A DNA stretch of 64,000 nt from Guillardia theta CCMP2712. Its lineage: Eukaryota; Protista; Cryptophyta. The stretch spans positions 463,139 through 527,138 of the forward strand of contig NW_005434658.1 in assembly GCF_000315625.1 (NCBI RefSeq). The letters are read 5' to 3'. Below the pieces are notes generated by a model that was not told where the DNA came from, did not search any database, and saw only the letters and a list, made by a program, of their open reading frames with translations. Of this stretch, positions 1 to 12,845 are shown piece by piece. A program made the position numbers and the translations under genes. How positions within the stretch are numbered: position 1 is the stretch's first letter; each line of letters opens with the position of its first letter.

Positions 1-3000
1 AGATCGAAGTCAGCAGCGAGACATTGCGAAAGTCTCCCCCTTCACAAGTCCCGTTCAGCACAGCCCCAGCTAGGTCCTTGGAGCTGCAGGAGGCGGAAGA
101 GACGTTGTAGGAGGACGAGTACAGCGACAGGTTTCCTGTCACGTCGTTGACGAAGTGGTCGAGCTCGTGGCACTGGGGCTCAAGGGACCTCTCCTGGGAC
201 GAGATGTCGACGCAGAACATGAGCTGAAGGTGAGAGCTGCTGGAGTTGGAGCACAGGGAGTCCCAGTCGAGTGCGGAGAAGAGAGGATCGAGGGAGAAGG
301 AGGGTGCGTCGTTGACGCTGATGACGTGGAAGACGAACCGCGAGCTAGGAGAGCGGTTGCTCTCCCTCCCTCCCGACAACCCGCTGTCGAGCAAAGAGAT
401 GTCGTACACGAGCTTGCCGTGGTGCTGGGGGAGCAGGGAAGCTCGGAGCGTTCCGTTGGAGTCCACGTTGATAGCCTCGGACAGGAGCTGCCCCCATCCA
501 TCCGCGGCAGCTGGGGAAGAGGAGGCGTTGACCCAGTTCTGCCCCTGCTGGAAAGGCACCTGGTAAGACTGGAGGACGAGAAGGAAAGAGACGGTCTGTC
601 GCTGTTCGTTGGCCGGGCCCTGGGAAATGTTGACTGCAAAACCTTGCAGGGTGAACTGGAGCCCCTCGCAGTCCCCAGCTGAGATGGCGGACTGACAGCT
701 CTCGAGCATCGTTACCTCCGCCAAGGTCAGCTGGAAGGAGGGAGGCTGGTTGCTCCGGGTCACGTTGATGGTCAGGTTGAGCGAGATGGAGACGTTTGAC
801 TGGTTCACCCCAGTCGGGCCGGAGTCCAGCAGGTCAACCCGGTAGAGCACGAAGCCGATGGCGTCGGGGGCAAGTATGAAGGACAGGTTGCCGCTAACTG
901 CATCTAGCTCTGGCTCCTGCAGGATCAGCCAGGAGGGAGGCAGCTGAGCTGTAGCTGAGACGTTGGTGGGGCAGGGCCAGCAATCGCAGTCCATGAGCTG
1001 CCCGCCGTAGCAGAGAGGGCCGACGACGTCGAGGGGAGTCAAAACGAAGGTCAACTTCTGGTCCTGGTCTTCCTTTGGACCTGCGATGAGGTTGTGAGTG
1101 AAGAGATCGAGGAAGAGGATGGGGAAAGAGGATGGGCCATGGAAGGAAGAGGAGAGGAGAAAGGAAAGAGGCAAAGGTGGAGGTAGAGAGGTTGAGGCGA
1201 AGAGATGAAAGGAGGAGGAGGAAAGGAGGAGAGAGGAGAAAACGAGGAGGATGATAGAATTTACCTGCACTGATGTTCTTTGCCAAGCCCTCGATGACGA
1301 TGAGTTCGCCGGCAGGCTGGTGGGTCTCATAGACCGTGACGACGTCCTGCTGGAACTCAAAGGTAGGAGCGTCGTTGAGTGGGTCCACGACGACGGTGAC
1401 GTTGTGAGAGTACGAGCTGCCGACGAGCGAGACGAGCAGACGGCAGACGCAGTAGCTGTTGGCCGAGGGCCTGAAGGACAGGAAGGCGTCGCAAGTCTGG
1501 TTGAACGAGCAGGGCGGGACCTCCACGTGGGGCTCGACTTCGAAGCAATCTTGCAGGCAGCTCTCCGACGACTGGACGGTGTACTCGGCCGTTTGCAGGA
1601 GGCCGGGGATGAGCTTGCGGAGGTTGCCCCGCAACGTGATGTTGGTGAGGAGGTGAAAGGTCTGCAAGCTGGAGTCTTCCAGGGCTCCGACGGTGTCATG
1701 GAGGAGGACAGCGTGATAAAGCTCCTGCTCACTGTCAATCTGCTGCACCACGAGCTCACTGTAGAGGAGCTGGATCCCCGAGATGCTGATGGGAGAGCTT
1801 GTCAAGAACTCGAAGAACAGGTAGTCTGGCAGGTCCGATCGCAGCGTGACGGTCCCGCTGGCTAGGCCGCTCCCTGTCGTCAAGGAAAGCAGCCACGCGG
1901 GATAGTGAAGACTTTGAGAGATGGATTGAAGTAGCGAGGCCTCGTCGTAGGGCGCTGATGGGCTGCGCTGGAACTTGACCTTCCCTTCGCTCTGCACCAT
2001 CAGCAGGTTGAAACGAGCCGCTGCCGACGTGTTGCTCCCCATCCCACTGTCTACAGCCCGCAGGGAGAATGTCAGGCAGCCGCTGGCGTCCTTGCGCTGC
2101 TCTATCACGATGGTCCCGTTGCTCCACACGCGCAGAGGCTCTGCGAGCAGGTCGAGGTCGGAGGCCTCAGGCTCGAGGAAGAAGGAAAGAGTCTGATCAG
2201 CCTCGTGCCAGCCTCCCCTGCTGATGTTCTGTACGAAGCCCTCGAGAACGAGCGGGTGGGGCGAGACATAGGCATTCATGTCCATCACGATCGTTGGGAG
2301 GCCGCGGGTGCAGGAGGAGAAGTTGTAGTCGAGGACGTTCAGTGGGTAGAGGGAGAAGGTGGGAGGATCGTTCACTGGAAGGACCGTGATCGTGACAAGC
2401 CTTGGGAGTGACGTGTTTTGACCATTCCTTGCCGTCCCGCCATCATCGACGAGGACAAGCTCAATCATCGCTACCCCAAACATGTTGGCAGTTAGCAAGT
2501 AGTCCGCCCTTCCATCGCTCTCCACCGCCAGCCTCTCGAACAGCTCCGCTCCCTCCACGAACGAAATATGGAACGTGACATTCTGCCAGTCCTCGTCGCC
2601 GTAGGGCGAGCCTCTGCTAATGTTGAAGGCAAGGTAGTGGACCTCGGTGCTATCCTCATACCAGGACTCGTTGGCGACCTCGAAGTATGGCGCGTTGTTC
2701 ACAGGTTCTATCCGCACTCCCAACCTGTGCTCGACCGAGCGGTTGACCCCGCCGTTAGCCGTCCCGCCATCGTCAGAGAGCACAACGCTGAGCTGAACCT
2801 CTCCGTTGCGGTAGGGAGGGAGGCTGGAGGCGAGGGTCCCATTGGGGTGCAGGAGGAAGGCAGGCGGTAAATCAGGGAAAGACACGCTTTCGCTCCACAT
2901 CACCTCCACCTGGAAGGTGAGCAGCTGCTGGCCCTCGTCGGCTGCCCCAGCAGAGATGTTGCGGGCGACGTCGGCGATCATGCTGAATTCCGTTCCCTCC

Positions 3001-6000
3001 CACAGGGAGACGTTGACGAGCTCGAAGGTAGGCTGGCTGTTGACGGGCACGACCGTGATGTTCAGGTACATCAAGGTCGAAGTGTTGGACCCCCCGTTCG
3101 CCGTCCCCCCGTTGTCCTCCATGATCACCGACAGCGTCGCCAGCCCGTTGGCCCGGGGGTACTGGAGGAAGAGGAGGGTGCCGTTGGGGAGCATGGAAAC
3201 GTCAGAGATTAGCGGGTCCTGAGTCGAGGAGAGCAGATTGACTATGAAGGAAAACTTCTGGTCGACCTCGTCCGGCGAGATTCCTACCGAAATGTTGATA
3301 GCAACGTCCCGCCTGCTGACATGGACAAGCTCCTGCTGCTCGTAAACGTCAAAGTTCTCAACGGCAAAAGTTGGCTGGTCGTTGACTGGCAGGATTACAA
3401 GCTCGATCGTCTCGGGCGCTGACACGTTCTGCCCTCCTCGCTCTGTACCCCCGCTGTCCACCAGCTGCACCTCCACTGTGAAGTTTCCCACCTGGTGCTC
3501 CAGCACCTGGAACCTGGCAAGGCCAGTGGCGGGGTCGATGGAGAAGGGGGGGCAGGAGGAGCAGCTGCAAGGTTGATCGGCGAGGAAGCTCGGGGGGTCG
3601 ATGCTGATGACGGTGAAGGAGATCAGCTGATCGATCTCGTTCCCTGCTCCCGCTGAGATGTTGAACGCGACCTGAGTGAAGTTGCTGCAACCCGAGCCCT
3701 CCAGGACGGGAAGGGAGGGCAGGAGGGAGAACGACGGGCGATTATTGACGGGAAGCACGACCAGTTGCAGGAGTTTCACGTCTGAAACGTTTACCCCGCC
3801 CCTCTCTATCCCTCCGTCGTCCCGCAGGCTTACGGAGAAGTTTGCCGTCCCCCTCCTCGAGCTCTTGAGCTTCACTCTCAGAGTGCCGTTGGCGTCCAAG
3901 GAAACACTCTCGAAATCGTCACTCATCAGGGTACTTTCTCCCTCAAGGAGGCTGACGGTGAAGGAGACTCTCTGAACTCTGTCCTCATACACCGACCCTG
4001 CCGTGATGTTCACGGCGGCACCCTCCAGCTCCAGTTCACCACAAACAACGCACTCGTCGATGGTTTGATCTCGAACGTCGAAACCTGGTTTCTTGTTGAC
4101 CCAGCGTACGGTCACGTTGAAGACACTGGAGGTGTTGGTACAAGAGAAGCAAGTTCTTTCTACGTAGTTGACTTTCATCGCAGCCTCCCCGAAACAGACC
4201 GGAGACGCACTGAGCATCAGCGAGCCGTTTCCGTACACTTGCAAGTCCCTCAAACAGTCGCCAAGGGAGGACCGGGAAAGCAGCTCGTCGCCGTACATGG
4301 CCAGCGGCAGCTCTGGGTCAAACTCGAAGAGGAACGTCTGGTTTAGGCAGGGAGACGGGGCACCAAAGACGTCGTTAGAGATGTTGTAGAAGAAGTTGTC
4401 GAAGACCAAGACCGAGTCTTCAACCGGCTGATCGTACACCAACGAGTGAGAGACCATGAAGGTCGGCGGGTCGTGAACGGAAACAACTTGAATCTCGAAG
4501 CTTCTTCTGATGGAGGCATTGTTCCCTCCCATCCTGTCATCCACCAACATCACATAGAATTCTCCCCTCCCGAACCCAGACGTGGACAGGTTGAACGAAA
4601 GTACTCCACTCCCGTTCAAGCTCATTTCCGATATCAAGTTCCCCACCTCCTTCCCTGGGACCGGCCAGACGAGGAATGAGATCAGCTGCTCCAAGTCTTC
4701 GTAGGCACAAACGCCCTTGGAGATCGCATCGGCGAACCCCGGGAACTCGTGAGACCCGCTGCCCTCGCACACGCTGAGGCTCAAGGCAGGGAGCTGGAAG
4801 AAAGGAGGAGTGTTGATCGCCTCGACCACCACTTGAACAGTGAAGTTCACCGATGACATCCCGTTGAACTGACTCCCTCCGTTGTCCATCAGCGACACGT
4901 TGACATAGAATGATCCGTACACGCAAGGAGGGATGAAAAACTTGATCCGCGCTGTCTGGGGTTCATCGGGGGGAATGTACAGGGTGAAATTCTCAAGCGG
5001 AAACTCGTTTGACATGGGCCACCAGTCAAAGTTCAGGACCTGGGACTCTTCAAAGTACTTGTCAAAGCGAGAACCCTTGCTGATGTTGGAGAGAAACATC
5101 TGATCGAACGATGTGCCATTCACCAGAGTCTGCTGGAACACAAACACGTCGTTGACCAGGACAAACTCAGGGGCCTGATTCTTGGAAGATATCGCAATGG
5201 TGAAGTTTTTGGAATTCTCAGGCAACTGATCGATGACGACCGACAGGATGAAATCTCCGTTGGCATACGCAGCTGTCGTGAAGATCAAGCTTCCCCCTTC
5301 CAGCTTTGGGGAGACTCGAAACGCACGTTGAAAATCAGGTTCGGGTGAAATTAATTGAATCGACAAGTCAGGGTACGGTTGCAGGACGCCATAGAAGATA
5401 TCGGTGATGAAGCCGAAGTATGTGTACAACTCGTCTTGCTCAGACTCGACTAGGTCTATAGTCAACATGGTCTGATTGATTTCGAAGTTTTGAAGCATGG
5501 ATCTCTTTGGCAAGACGTAGACTTTGCATTCCTTCTCTGTCCAATTCATCCCACCATTCTGATTGCCACCGTCGTCTTGAATTCGAATCTTCAAATATAT
5601 CAACCCACCTTCGGGATCTACCGTGGTGAATGTAAGATTAGAGTCTTGGACACTGACACTTCCCAGCAAAAAGCCCGGGATATCGACTATATGAAACGAT
5701 AACAATTGATTCTGCTCATTGGGTGCGTAAGAGCTGTTTGGGCTGATGCCGTAGAGGAAAGGATAAGAGTGCGGGAGAGAGGAATAAGAGATCACAAGGG
5801 TTTGACAAGAGAATGTCGGGGCGCTGTTGATATCAGAGGCCTGGAAGTGCAACTCATTGACTGATTGAACAGAGGTCCCTCGACTGACAAGCTCAAAGGA
5901 AAGCGCCACGTCTTTGACGGCTGGATCAGCAAATTCGTTCGTGGGCGAGCAATCGATTTCAGTCGAAGAAACAAAGATAGAAGTAAGGTTTTGGATTACT

Positions 6001-7223
6001 GCCTGTCCTGAATCCCTGAATACGCAAAAGCTCTCGACATTCTCGAAACCATTCCCCAGTATCGTGATCGAGGTCCTGCCGAAAGCATTACCAATAGTCG
6101 GCTCGATCCTCCTGATTTGAGGTAGGAACTCAATCGACAGTGACAAGTTGGAGTGTAGGAGATCCTTTTCGAAGTTGTACTCGATGGGGGTGTTCCAGGA
6201 CGAGTCGCACCAATATTTGGTCACACGGAAACTGACCAGCTGCGCTTCAAATTTCCAGGACATGATTGTGCAGTTCATCAAGCTCGAGTTGTACACTAGA
6301 CAGCTCCATGAAGAGAAACCGGGAGCGTCAAGTCTGTACCGCACGTTCTTTCGCACGCTCAGATAGTTAGTGTCCGAAGTCTGCTTGTAGAATGGAGGCA
6401 GGACCTGCTGTGAAATGAAATCCAGTCCTGCACCCTGCAGCATGACAGATGCTCCTTCTTCTGAGTAGACGATAGAAGGCTGATACGCTACAATCTCCTC
6501 TTCGATTTCGAAAATCCCTTTCCTTGTGTCGTGTGATTTGATATCGAAAGGGGTGCCTGTTGAATCTATCATCGTCAGCTGGATAAGAACCACTCGTGCG
6601 GGATAGTTCCATACTGGAGTGACTACCTCCAGCAAGGATTCTGAAATGGTCTGCACCTCAGCCACTTCGCTGTGAATTAAATTTATATCTTCGCTGTACA
6701 CGAAGGAGCAAGAATAGTTGTATTTCGAGGAAAAGCCCAACCCCTTGATGTCCAATACCATGCCACCGACCGCTGATCCCTTGGTGATCTTCAGCGTCGA
6801 TGGCAGCCAGATGGCATAAACAAATATTTTGAGACTTGATAAACAAGTGTTCCACATGGAATTGTTCTGATAGGAAAACTTCACGTCAAATGCTCCCCCT
6901 TCACACGCTCCTGATTGCATACAGAAGTCTTTGACATAGAAGATGTGCGTATCATTGTGAGATGCGGACGGTGCTAATGCTTGATTGCTGAAATTCATTA
7001 AGATGGGAGAGACTGAAAACTGACCAAAGACTGTTATCTGCGTCCAACCGAGGATAGACATGGACGATGGTTCAATTCTATTTACAATGACCAGGTCGCT
7101 GCAGTGATCCTCTGATTGACATGCAACCAGGGAAAGGAAGCTGAGAAGGAAGAAGTGCTGCAGAAAGCGACGAGTAGAAGAGCCGGTGCGATGATGGGAG
7201 GAGCGACTGCTGTCAGCCATCAT
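1..7223 (-). CDS. Giant secreted/surface protein: signal peptide, IPT/TIG-like domains, then many cadherin-like/Ig-like repeats; 3' end runs off the window
   Basis: 2109-aa ORF with hydrophobic leader (FLQHFFLLSFLSLVAC) and IPT-like 'IEPTIGNAFGRTSITILGNGF'. Repeated motifs 'PVNDxPxF', 'NISxG..E..Q.L.F' and 'DDGG...GG.N.S'. An intron at 1081-1264 (GTAA...GCAG) restores the repeat frame (GPKEDQDQKLTF...), which continues towards the window edge. Confidence 0.85.
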
Positions 7224-7524
7224 CGCGGCAGCTCGAGAAAGAATACAGTGAGAGAGGATGAGAATCGAAGGCTACTTGGATCAGCAGCTGAGGGGAGGAG
7301 ACGGCAGCGGGCGGCGGCCAGCTCGGGGCGTGTCCAGGACTGCCATGTCCCTGTGGCGCCTCTGGCGAACGAGAGGTCAAATTGATGGCCGTTACATTAC
7401 TAGTCATAATCCGTAACCGCCAAACACAGCCTTTCGTCCAATCGGGCCCGCTCCGGAGCTAGACCCAGCACCACTTGACCTCATCCCCGCTCAATACCCG
7501 AGCGCTTTGCACGTGCGAAGGAAT

Positions 7525-9414
7525 ATGGCGACATGGGCAGACAAGCTTCGCGCGGGGAAGGAGGAGGAGAGGAAGGGAGAGGAGAGCGCAGAGGCAGGAG
7601 ATGGAAGCCTATCGAAGCAAGTTCACTCTGTAGCCGGAGCCAGCCACGTCGAGGGGAGCTTGGACGGAGGTGAGGCTCCTTGCAGCGATGCCAAGGAGGC
7701 CAGGCATGGCAGTAGCGCGGATGGCAGCCCACGTGCAGAACCGCCATCTGGGAAGAAAGTTGTGCTGGACTCAGGGATGCTGATCAAGGGCGAAAGGATC
7801 GACAAGCTCGGAGAACATTTCTGGACGGTGATTTGAATGCTGCAAAGATGGTTTGAGGGAAGATGACGGGGCCTGCAGGTGAAGGAAGTTCTTGCAGAAG
7901 TGAGGGATAGCAATGCAAGAATGATCCTCGACACACTTCCTGTCGAGCTCCAGGCAAGTCTTTCTGTTGACCCTTCCTTGTGCGTCTTGGGCTGCTGTGG
8001 ATATCACGAGCGTTGGGACTGACGTGTTTTCATCAGGTTCGGGAGGTTGATCCATCGGCGCTTGCCTTCGTGTCCAAGTTCTCCAAGTTGACAGGAGACT
8101 TCAGCAGACTGTCAAACACTGACTTGAAGGTCATGGCCCTGACCTATCAGCTAGAGAAGGAGTTCTATGGCACCTCGCACTTGAACGAGGCGCCGAAGCC
8201 GGTGAGTTGCCGTGTGGAGGACGTCATGGGGTGATAGTGGTGCAGATGAGACCGGCAAACGTGGGGAGCGAAGAAGTCAAGACACCAAAGGAAGAAAACG
8301 CGACCAACGAGACAGCCGACTGTGATTCAGCGAACGGGGCTGAATCTGAGAACGGCGACGGCAGCAGTGGGCACAGACAGGGGAACAAGCAACAAGCGCC
8401 TTCACTGCCTGGCTGGTACGAGGGGACAGACGATGATGAAGGATGGATCACTCCGGACAATGTTGCTTCCTTCTCGGTCAATGGGAAATGTGTTGAAGAC
8501 GATTCCGATGCGAACGTGGCATGTGCGACCCTCGATGGTGCAATGCAGAATGTATTGCTACAGATTGGGCTGCGAGTTGTGAACGGAGAAGGTCTGGTTG
8601 TCAAGAATGTCAAGCAGTTTGTACAGAAATGCCATGCATGCTTTAAGATCTGCCATGACAATACCAAGATGTTCTGCCCATCCTGCGGCAACGCAACTCT
8701 GATGCGAGTCTCCATGTGGGTACAGGCGGACGGTCGAGTGACATTCAGGTGAGATGAAACGCCATATCCCACACTCCCACCCTAGCAAGCAATGTTTCTA
8801 GAGTCGCCAGGCACCTTCCTTATAGTGGTCTGGCGCTATCACATTGCAAGACGAACGCTCATACTCCCACGCACTGCATCCTTGCTTTCAGCGTCCTTTT
8901 AATTGAGCACAAAGTTTTCCAACCCCCCTTGCTCTGATTTCCTCGTGCTGTGGTGGAGATATCCTCTTTCCAGATTATTGACAGCATGATGCAGCAAGGG
9001 AATCAAGAATTTCAATCTGAGGGGCACCAAGTACAGTCTCCCAAAGCCGAAACAAGTAATTCCAATTGTCTCTGCATGCTTCCTTTGACTTCAGTGGTAG
9101 GGACGTGGCAAGGACGACTTGGTTCTGCGAGAAGATCAAGTAAGATGCCGAGCCTCACAAGTTTCTTGCTTACTTGCCGTTGTTGTTCAGTTGATCTCGT
9201 CGGCACATAGACAGAGAAAGCCAAAGATGGTGGTGGACGATGATGGATTTACAACGCTGGCTCCCCGAGACAACTATAAAGCGGTGAACATTTGATCACG
9301 AAGTTGCAGCCATGTTGTCTAATCCTGTCTTCACAGAGAAACAACCAAGAGATTGTCGGAATGGGATATGGCGGAGGTGGAAAGCGCAATCCGAATGAAC
9401 GAAGAAGGAGATGA
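7525..9414 (+). CDS. NOB1: 20S pre-rRNA D-site endonuclease NOB1 (multi-exon)
   Basis: PIN motif 'KVVLDSG', 'GDFSRLSNTDLKVMALTYQLE', 'GWITPDN', 'VACATLDGAMQNVLLQIGL', Zn ribbon 'CHACFK...FCPSCGNATL', 'NLRGTKYSLPKP'. Confidence 0.93.
8789..8914 (+). ncRNA. Intronic box H/ACA snoRNA candidate
   Basis: Lies in an oversized NOB1 intron. Hairpin 1: GCAATGT(8789)/ACATTGC(8847) with upper stem CGCCAG/CTGGCG. H box AGACGA at 8849-8854. Hairpin 2: GCTCA(8857)/TGAGC(8908) with upper stem ACGC/GCGT. ACA at 8909-8911. Confidence 0.8.
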
Positions 9415-9665
9415 TGGCAATGCTCTGATTATGGGGAGGTTGTATTTTGTTTAAATGTAGGTAGATCTGATCTTAGGTAGCTAAGACATGTGCCTTTCGA
9501 AGCTCAAAATTTGACCTAAGTATCTCAGCGTTGATGAATGAATCTAGACTCACAAACCAAAATTAACGCGACTGTGGTTCTCCAATGAAGTTAAATGTGT
9601 TCGCTTCTATCTAACAATCAGCTGAAGGCCATCAGATCAGACTTGCATTCAAAGGAGTTGCTGTA

Positions 9666-10967
9666 TCATAGCTCGTCAATCTTCTTCCAACGAGGGTTCC
9701 AGTCTGTGAGGCATTCTGATCACAACGAACAACAGGACTTTGACAAGGTGGGGTGGAGTAAAGCTACATGATTCCAAGAGGGAAGACAAAGGACAGACCT
9801 GGAAATTGCTGCCTGACATCTTCATGGTTCAATCTCCTTGACATGCGCAATTTGCACAATTGTTCGTACTTCTCCTCATCTGTCGTTGCGTCAAGGGTTG
9901 GTTTTTCTCTCATTCCAGGCAAGGGCTGACCTATCGCACTCATCACGCCTGGCCTGGCCTGGTACGACGCCTTGTATCGATGAGTCGCTTCCTTGCGAGC
10001 TTCGGACACCTGACATGACAGATCAATGCACGTCAGATCATCGTGGCAGCGTCACGTAATAGATCGCAACGCTCTTTCTAGCTTCGTGAGGGGGGCAAGC
10101 AACCTGTCAAGCCGCATCATTACCCGTTCAGATGAACAAAGGGGATTCACAAAGTATTACAGGATCAGGCATGCCGTGCCAACTTATGTCCGACGTGCGA
10201 AACAAAGCCGCTGTGTTGAATCTAGGAACAATGCGAGTGGCTTCTTTCTCCATCCTCTCAAGTGTTCCCTCCCACAAGGAAAGATGTCCTCCCCACTCTT
10301 CCTTCCAGCCCTTGTTCATGTACACGATCAGGTTCACCCGTCTTTCTTTCTTCGTGATAGGATGAATCGAGTAGTCAAGGTGCATTTCAAGCCGGCTACC
10401 AGCCGGATGGTAATGGAGGCCTGCACCATGGAGATGCGGATCATTCTCCAAGCCATCGATGCCGGTGATGTTGTGTAGGAGCATGATGAGTGCTTCACTC
10501 TGGAGCACTTTCCACATGTAACGGAAGACAGCGTCGTGTTCAGCCATCGCTTCCAAGTTATCATGAGCTAGCTTTCCTTCTATCGGGTTGTCGTAGACAT
10601 GCCATCCTTGTGTCTCCCACTCATGGGATTGATTTCCAACCGGTTTCCTGGGAGATAAGCATGAGAAAGACGTGGATCTGCTTTTCAATACTTACGGAAA
10701 TTTGGTTTCTATGCGGTTGGCAATGCTCTCTTCGAAGAAGTTTGGTATTACTACGTGAGGAAATGGAAGAGCCTCGCGGAATTGCTTTCCGAGCTCGTCA
10801 ATCTTTTCTGCATCACTCGCCCATGTTCCAAGGAAGGCTTGGATGTCCGATACTTTATCTAGTCTGTCCTCCAGATTTACATTGCCGAACCTGTCATCAG
10901 CAAGGACGCCCTCGATGTGCTGCTGGACTACACCTACAAGGGCAAAGAGAACTAGAAGCGCCCTCAT
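9666..10967 (-). CDS. 2OG-Fe(II) oxygenase (prolyl-hydroxylase-like) with signal peptide and C-terminal KIDEL
   Basis: 'PFPHVVIPNFF', HxD in 'LEMHLDYSIHP', 'RRVNLIVYMN..W..EWGG.L.LW', 'PRFN...SWHG'. N-terminus MRALLVLFALVGVV. Last exon ends WKKIDEL*. Confidence 0.85.
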
Positions 10968-11369
10968 GCGGTGATGGTGAAATCGGACGACCTGACAAGA
11001 GTTAGTCAGGCAGGTTTGAACGAGTTTTTCCCCCACCAACTATCCCACAGGTCATCCATTAATACTAGCTAGCCAACACTGAAAGTGATAGCCAGTGTGA
11101 TAACTACTGTCACCAACATATCACTGACGTCGCATGCCCTTTCCCCCAAAAAGGTTAAACTTCAACACTCTGCTCGCTGCCGCCCTCTTGGTACACTCTT
11201 GATACAAGGAGGATGTTACCATCTAGCGATCTTCCCCACACCATCCTTGCCATCTCCCCCTGCTCTGCTCTCCTTGTCTCTCCTCTCTCCTTCACCACAT
11301 CATCACGCTTTCGAGGCGCATTACACAGCAAGCGCCCCATCCTTGTGTCACCTTCTCACCCTCATCCCG

Positions 11370-11695
11370 GGTCACTGTGACCGTCGCCCCGGCGCCCCGG
11401 CGCCCCGGCGCGGGCGGCCCCGGCGGGCCCGGGCCGGCCCCCGGGGGTCCGGCCGGGCCGGGCCCTCCCGTGGCCGGCGTGACCGTCTCGCGGACTCGGG
11501 AGGCTGGGCCCGATGGGCCATGATGATCGGCTCAGCTATCATAGTATCATTGATCTGACGGTGACTCGGTCGGAGGCCGCCCTGATCATGCTGCCGAGCC
11601 CGACAGTCGGCGGCCCGGCTTCAAGTCCCGAGTTAAGCAGGCCTCGCCGCGGCGGCGAAGTCGCAGTGAGGCTGTACCGTCAGTGTGTTAACCAG
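11370..11695. other. GC-rich intergenic island
   Basis: Dense CCGG/GGCC/GCCC words plus TGACTC, TTCAAGT and ATCATG; no credible ORF. Confidence 0.6.
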
Positions 11696-11798
11696 TAATT
11701 GCATGATCACTTAGATAAAAGTTTACAAGTCCATAAAAGTTTACAACTTAGTCCCGAGTCCATCAGGTCTCTACGCCCAGGCTTCCAAGCCTGTCTGC

Positions 11799-12845
11799 TC
11801 ACACGCCGAGTAGTGCGATCGACTCCAAAACAGTCTCGGCCGGGCTCGCGCTCGTGTCCCTCGACGCTCCAAGCTTGTCCAGGAGCCACATGCTCTGTGG
11901 GCTGCTGTCTTGTAGGCCCAGCACCAGCGGGTGGTCAAGCATCTGCTCCAGGATCTCGAAGAGGAGACGCTGGGCCTCCGGGCGCTGGCTGCTGCTGACG
12001 TCTGCTTGCGGCAAGATGTCGAGCGCGAGGTGCATGACCTTGCGGAAGTCGTCAAAGGCGAGGGCCTCGCACGCGATATCAAGCAGGCCCGGGTGGCGCT
12101 CTAGGCAGTAGCCGCCCACGCGCATGACCGGAGCCGCGAACAGGAGGTACCGCTGGTCCACGTACGCCTTGAGGAGCAGGAGGAGGAGGCTGAGAGACGT
12201 CAGGTAGCGCCGGTCCTCGATGCGGACCAGGGCGATGGACATGACGGCATCGCTGACCTCGCGCAGCATCAAGGAGCAGTCGTCCTCTGCCACCTGAGTG
12301 AAGCAGACCGACAGACTCACGGAGGCGTCCCACGACCGGGGGGAGAAGCAGCTCACGTCCCGAGCAACGCACTCGGCATAGAGGGAGCTGCGCGCGGTGT
12401 AGCGGGGAGAGGGGCAGTCCTGCTCGACATCAAAGCAGAGCCGGAAGCACTTCTCGAGGGCAAGCCTCAGCTCGAGGCCGTCATCGGAGGACCGGGACAG
12501 GTAGGCCTGGTAGACCTGGGGGACGAGCAGCTGATAGCTCCCGGAGGGAGAGCAGAACTGGCATGCGCGGAGGGCGATAGACATGCGGACGATGAGTGGG
12601 CTGTAGGACGAGGAGAGGTTGAGGAGACACTCCTTGGGTACTGCAGGATCTTGGTCGTCAATGTCGAGGAGCTGTATGACGAATCCAAGGCGGAAGGCCT
12701 CGGACACCAGCCTGGCATAGAAGACGACCTCGGATCCGATGGGGACGAAGGCCAGCTGATGGAAGCCACTGGGGACGGAGTAGAGTCTGAGGGTGTCGAA
12801 GACGGAGGATACGAGCTCCTGGACGGAGGAGCCAGACGCGGGCAT
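11799..12845 (-). CDS. Hypothetical 348-aa protein, copy A1 (apparently intronless)
   Basis: ATG-to-stop ORF with strong C/G-ending codon bias; duplicated TGTAA-containing element downstream; no family recognised. Confidence 0.7.
   Translation of the reverse strand: MPASGSSVQELVSSVFDTLRLYSVPSGFHQLAFVPIGSEVVFYARLVSEAFRLGFVIQLLDIDDQDPAVPKECLLNLSSSYSPLIVRMSIALRACQFCSPSGSYQLLVPQVYQAYLSRSSDDGLELRLALEKCFRLCFDVEQDCPSPRYTARSSLYAECVARDVSCFSPRSWDASVSLSVCFTQVAEDDCSLMLREVSDAVMSIALVRIEDRRYLTSLSLLLLLLKAYVDQRYLLFAAPVMRVGGYCLERHPGLLDIACEALAFDDFRKVMHLALDILPQADVSSSQRPEAQRLLFEILEQMLDHPLVLGLQDSSPQSMWLLDKLGASRDTSASPAETVLESIALLGV

Noticed and set aside
894-1264. Hydrophobic C-terminus of the 2109-aa ORF as a TM anchor
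   Set aside because: It is read-through into a pyrimidine-rich intron (1081-1264); the spliced frame continues the repeats.
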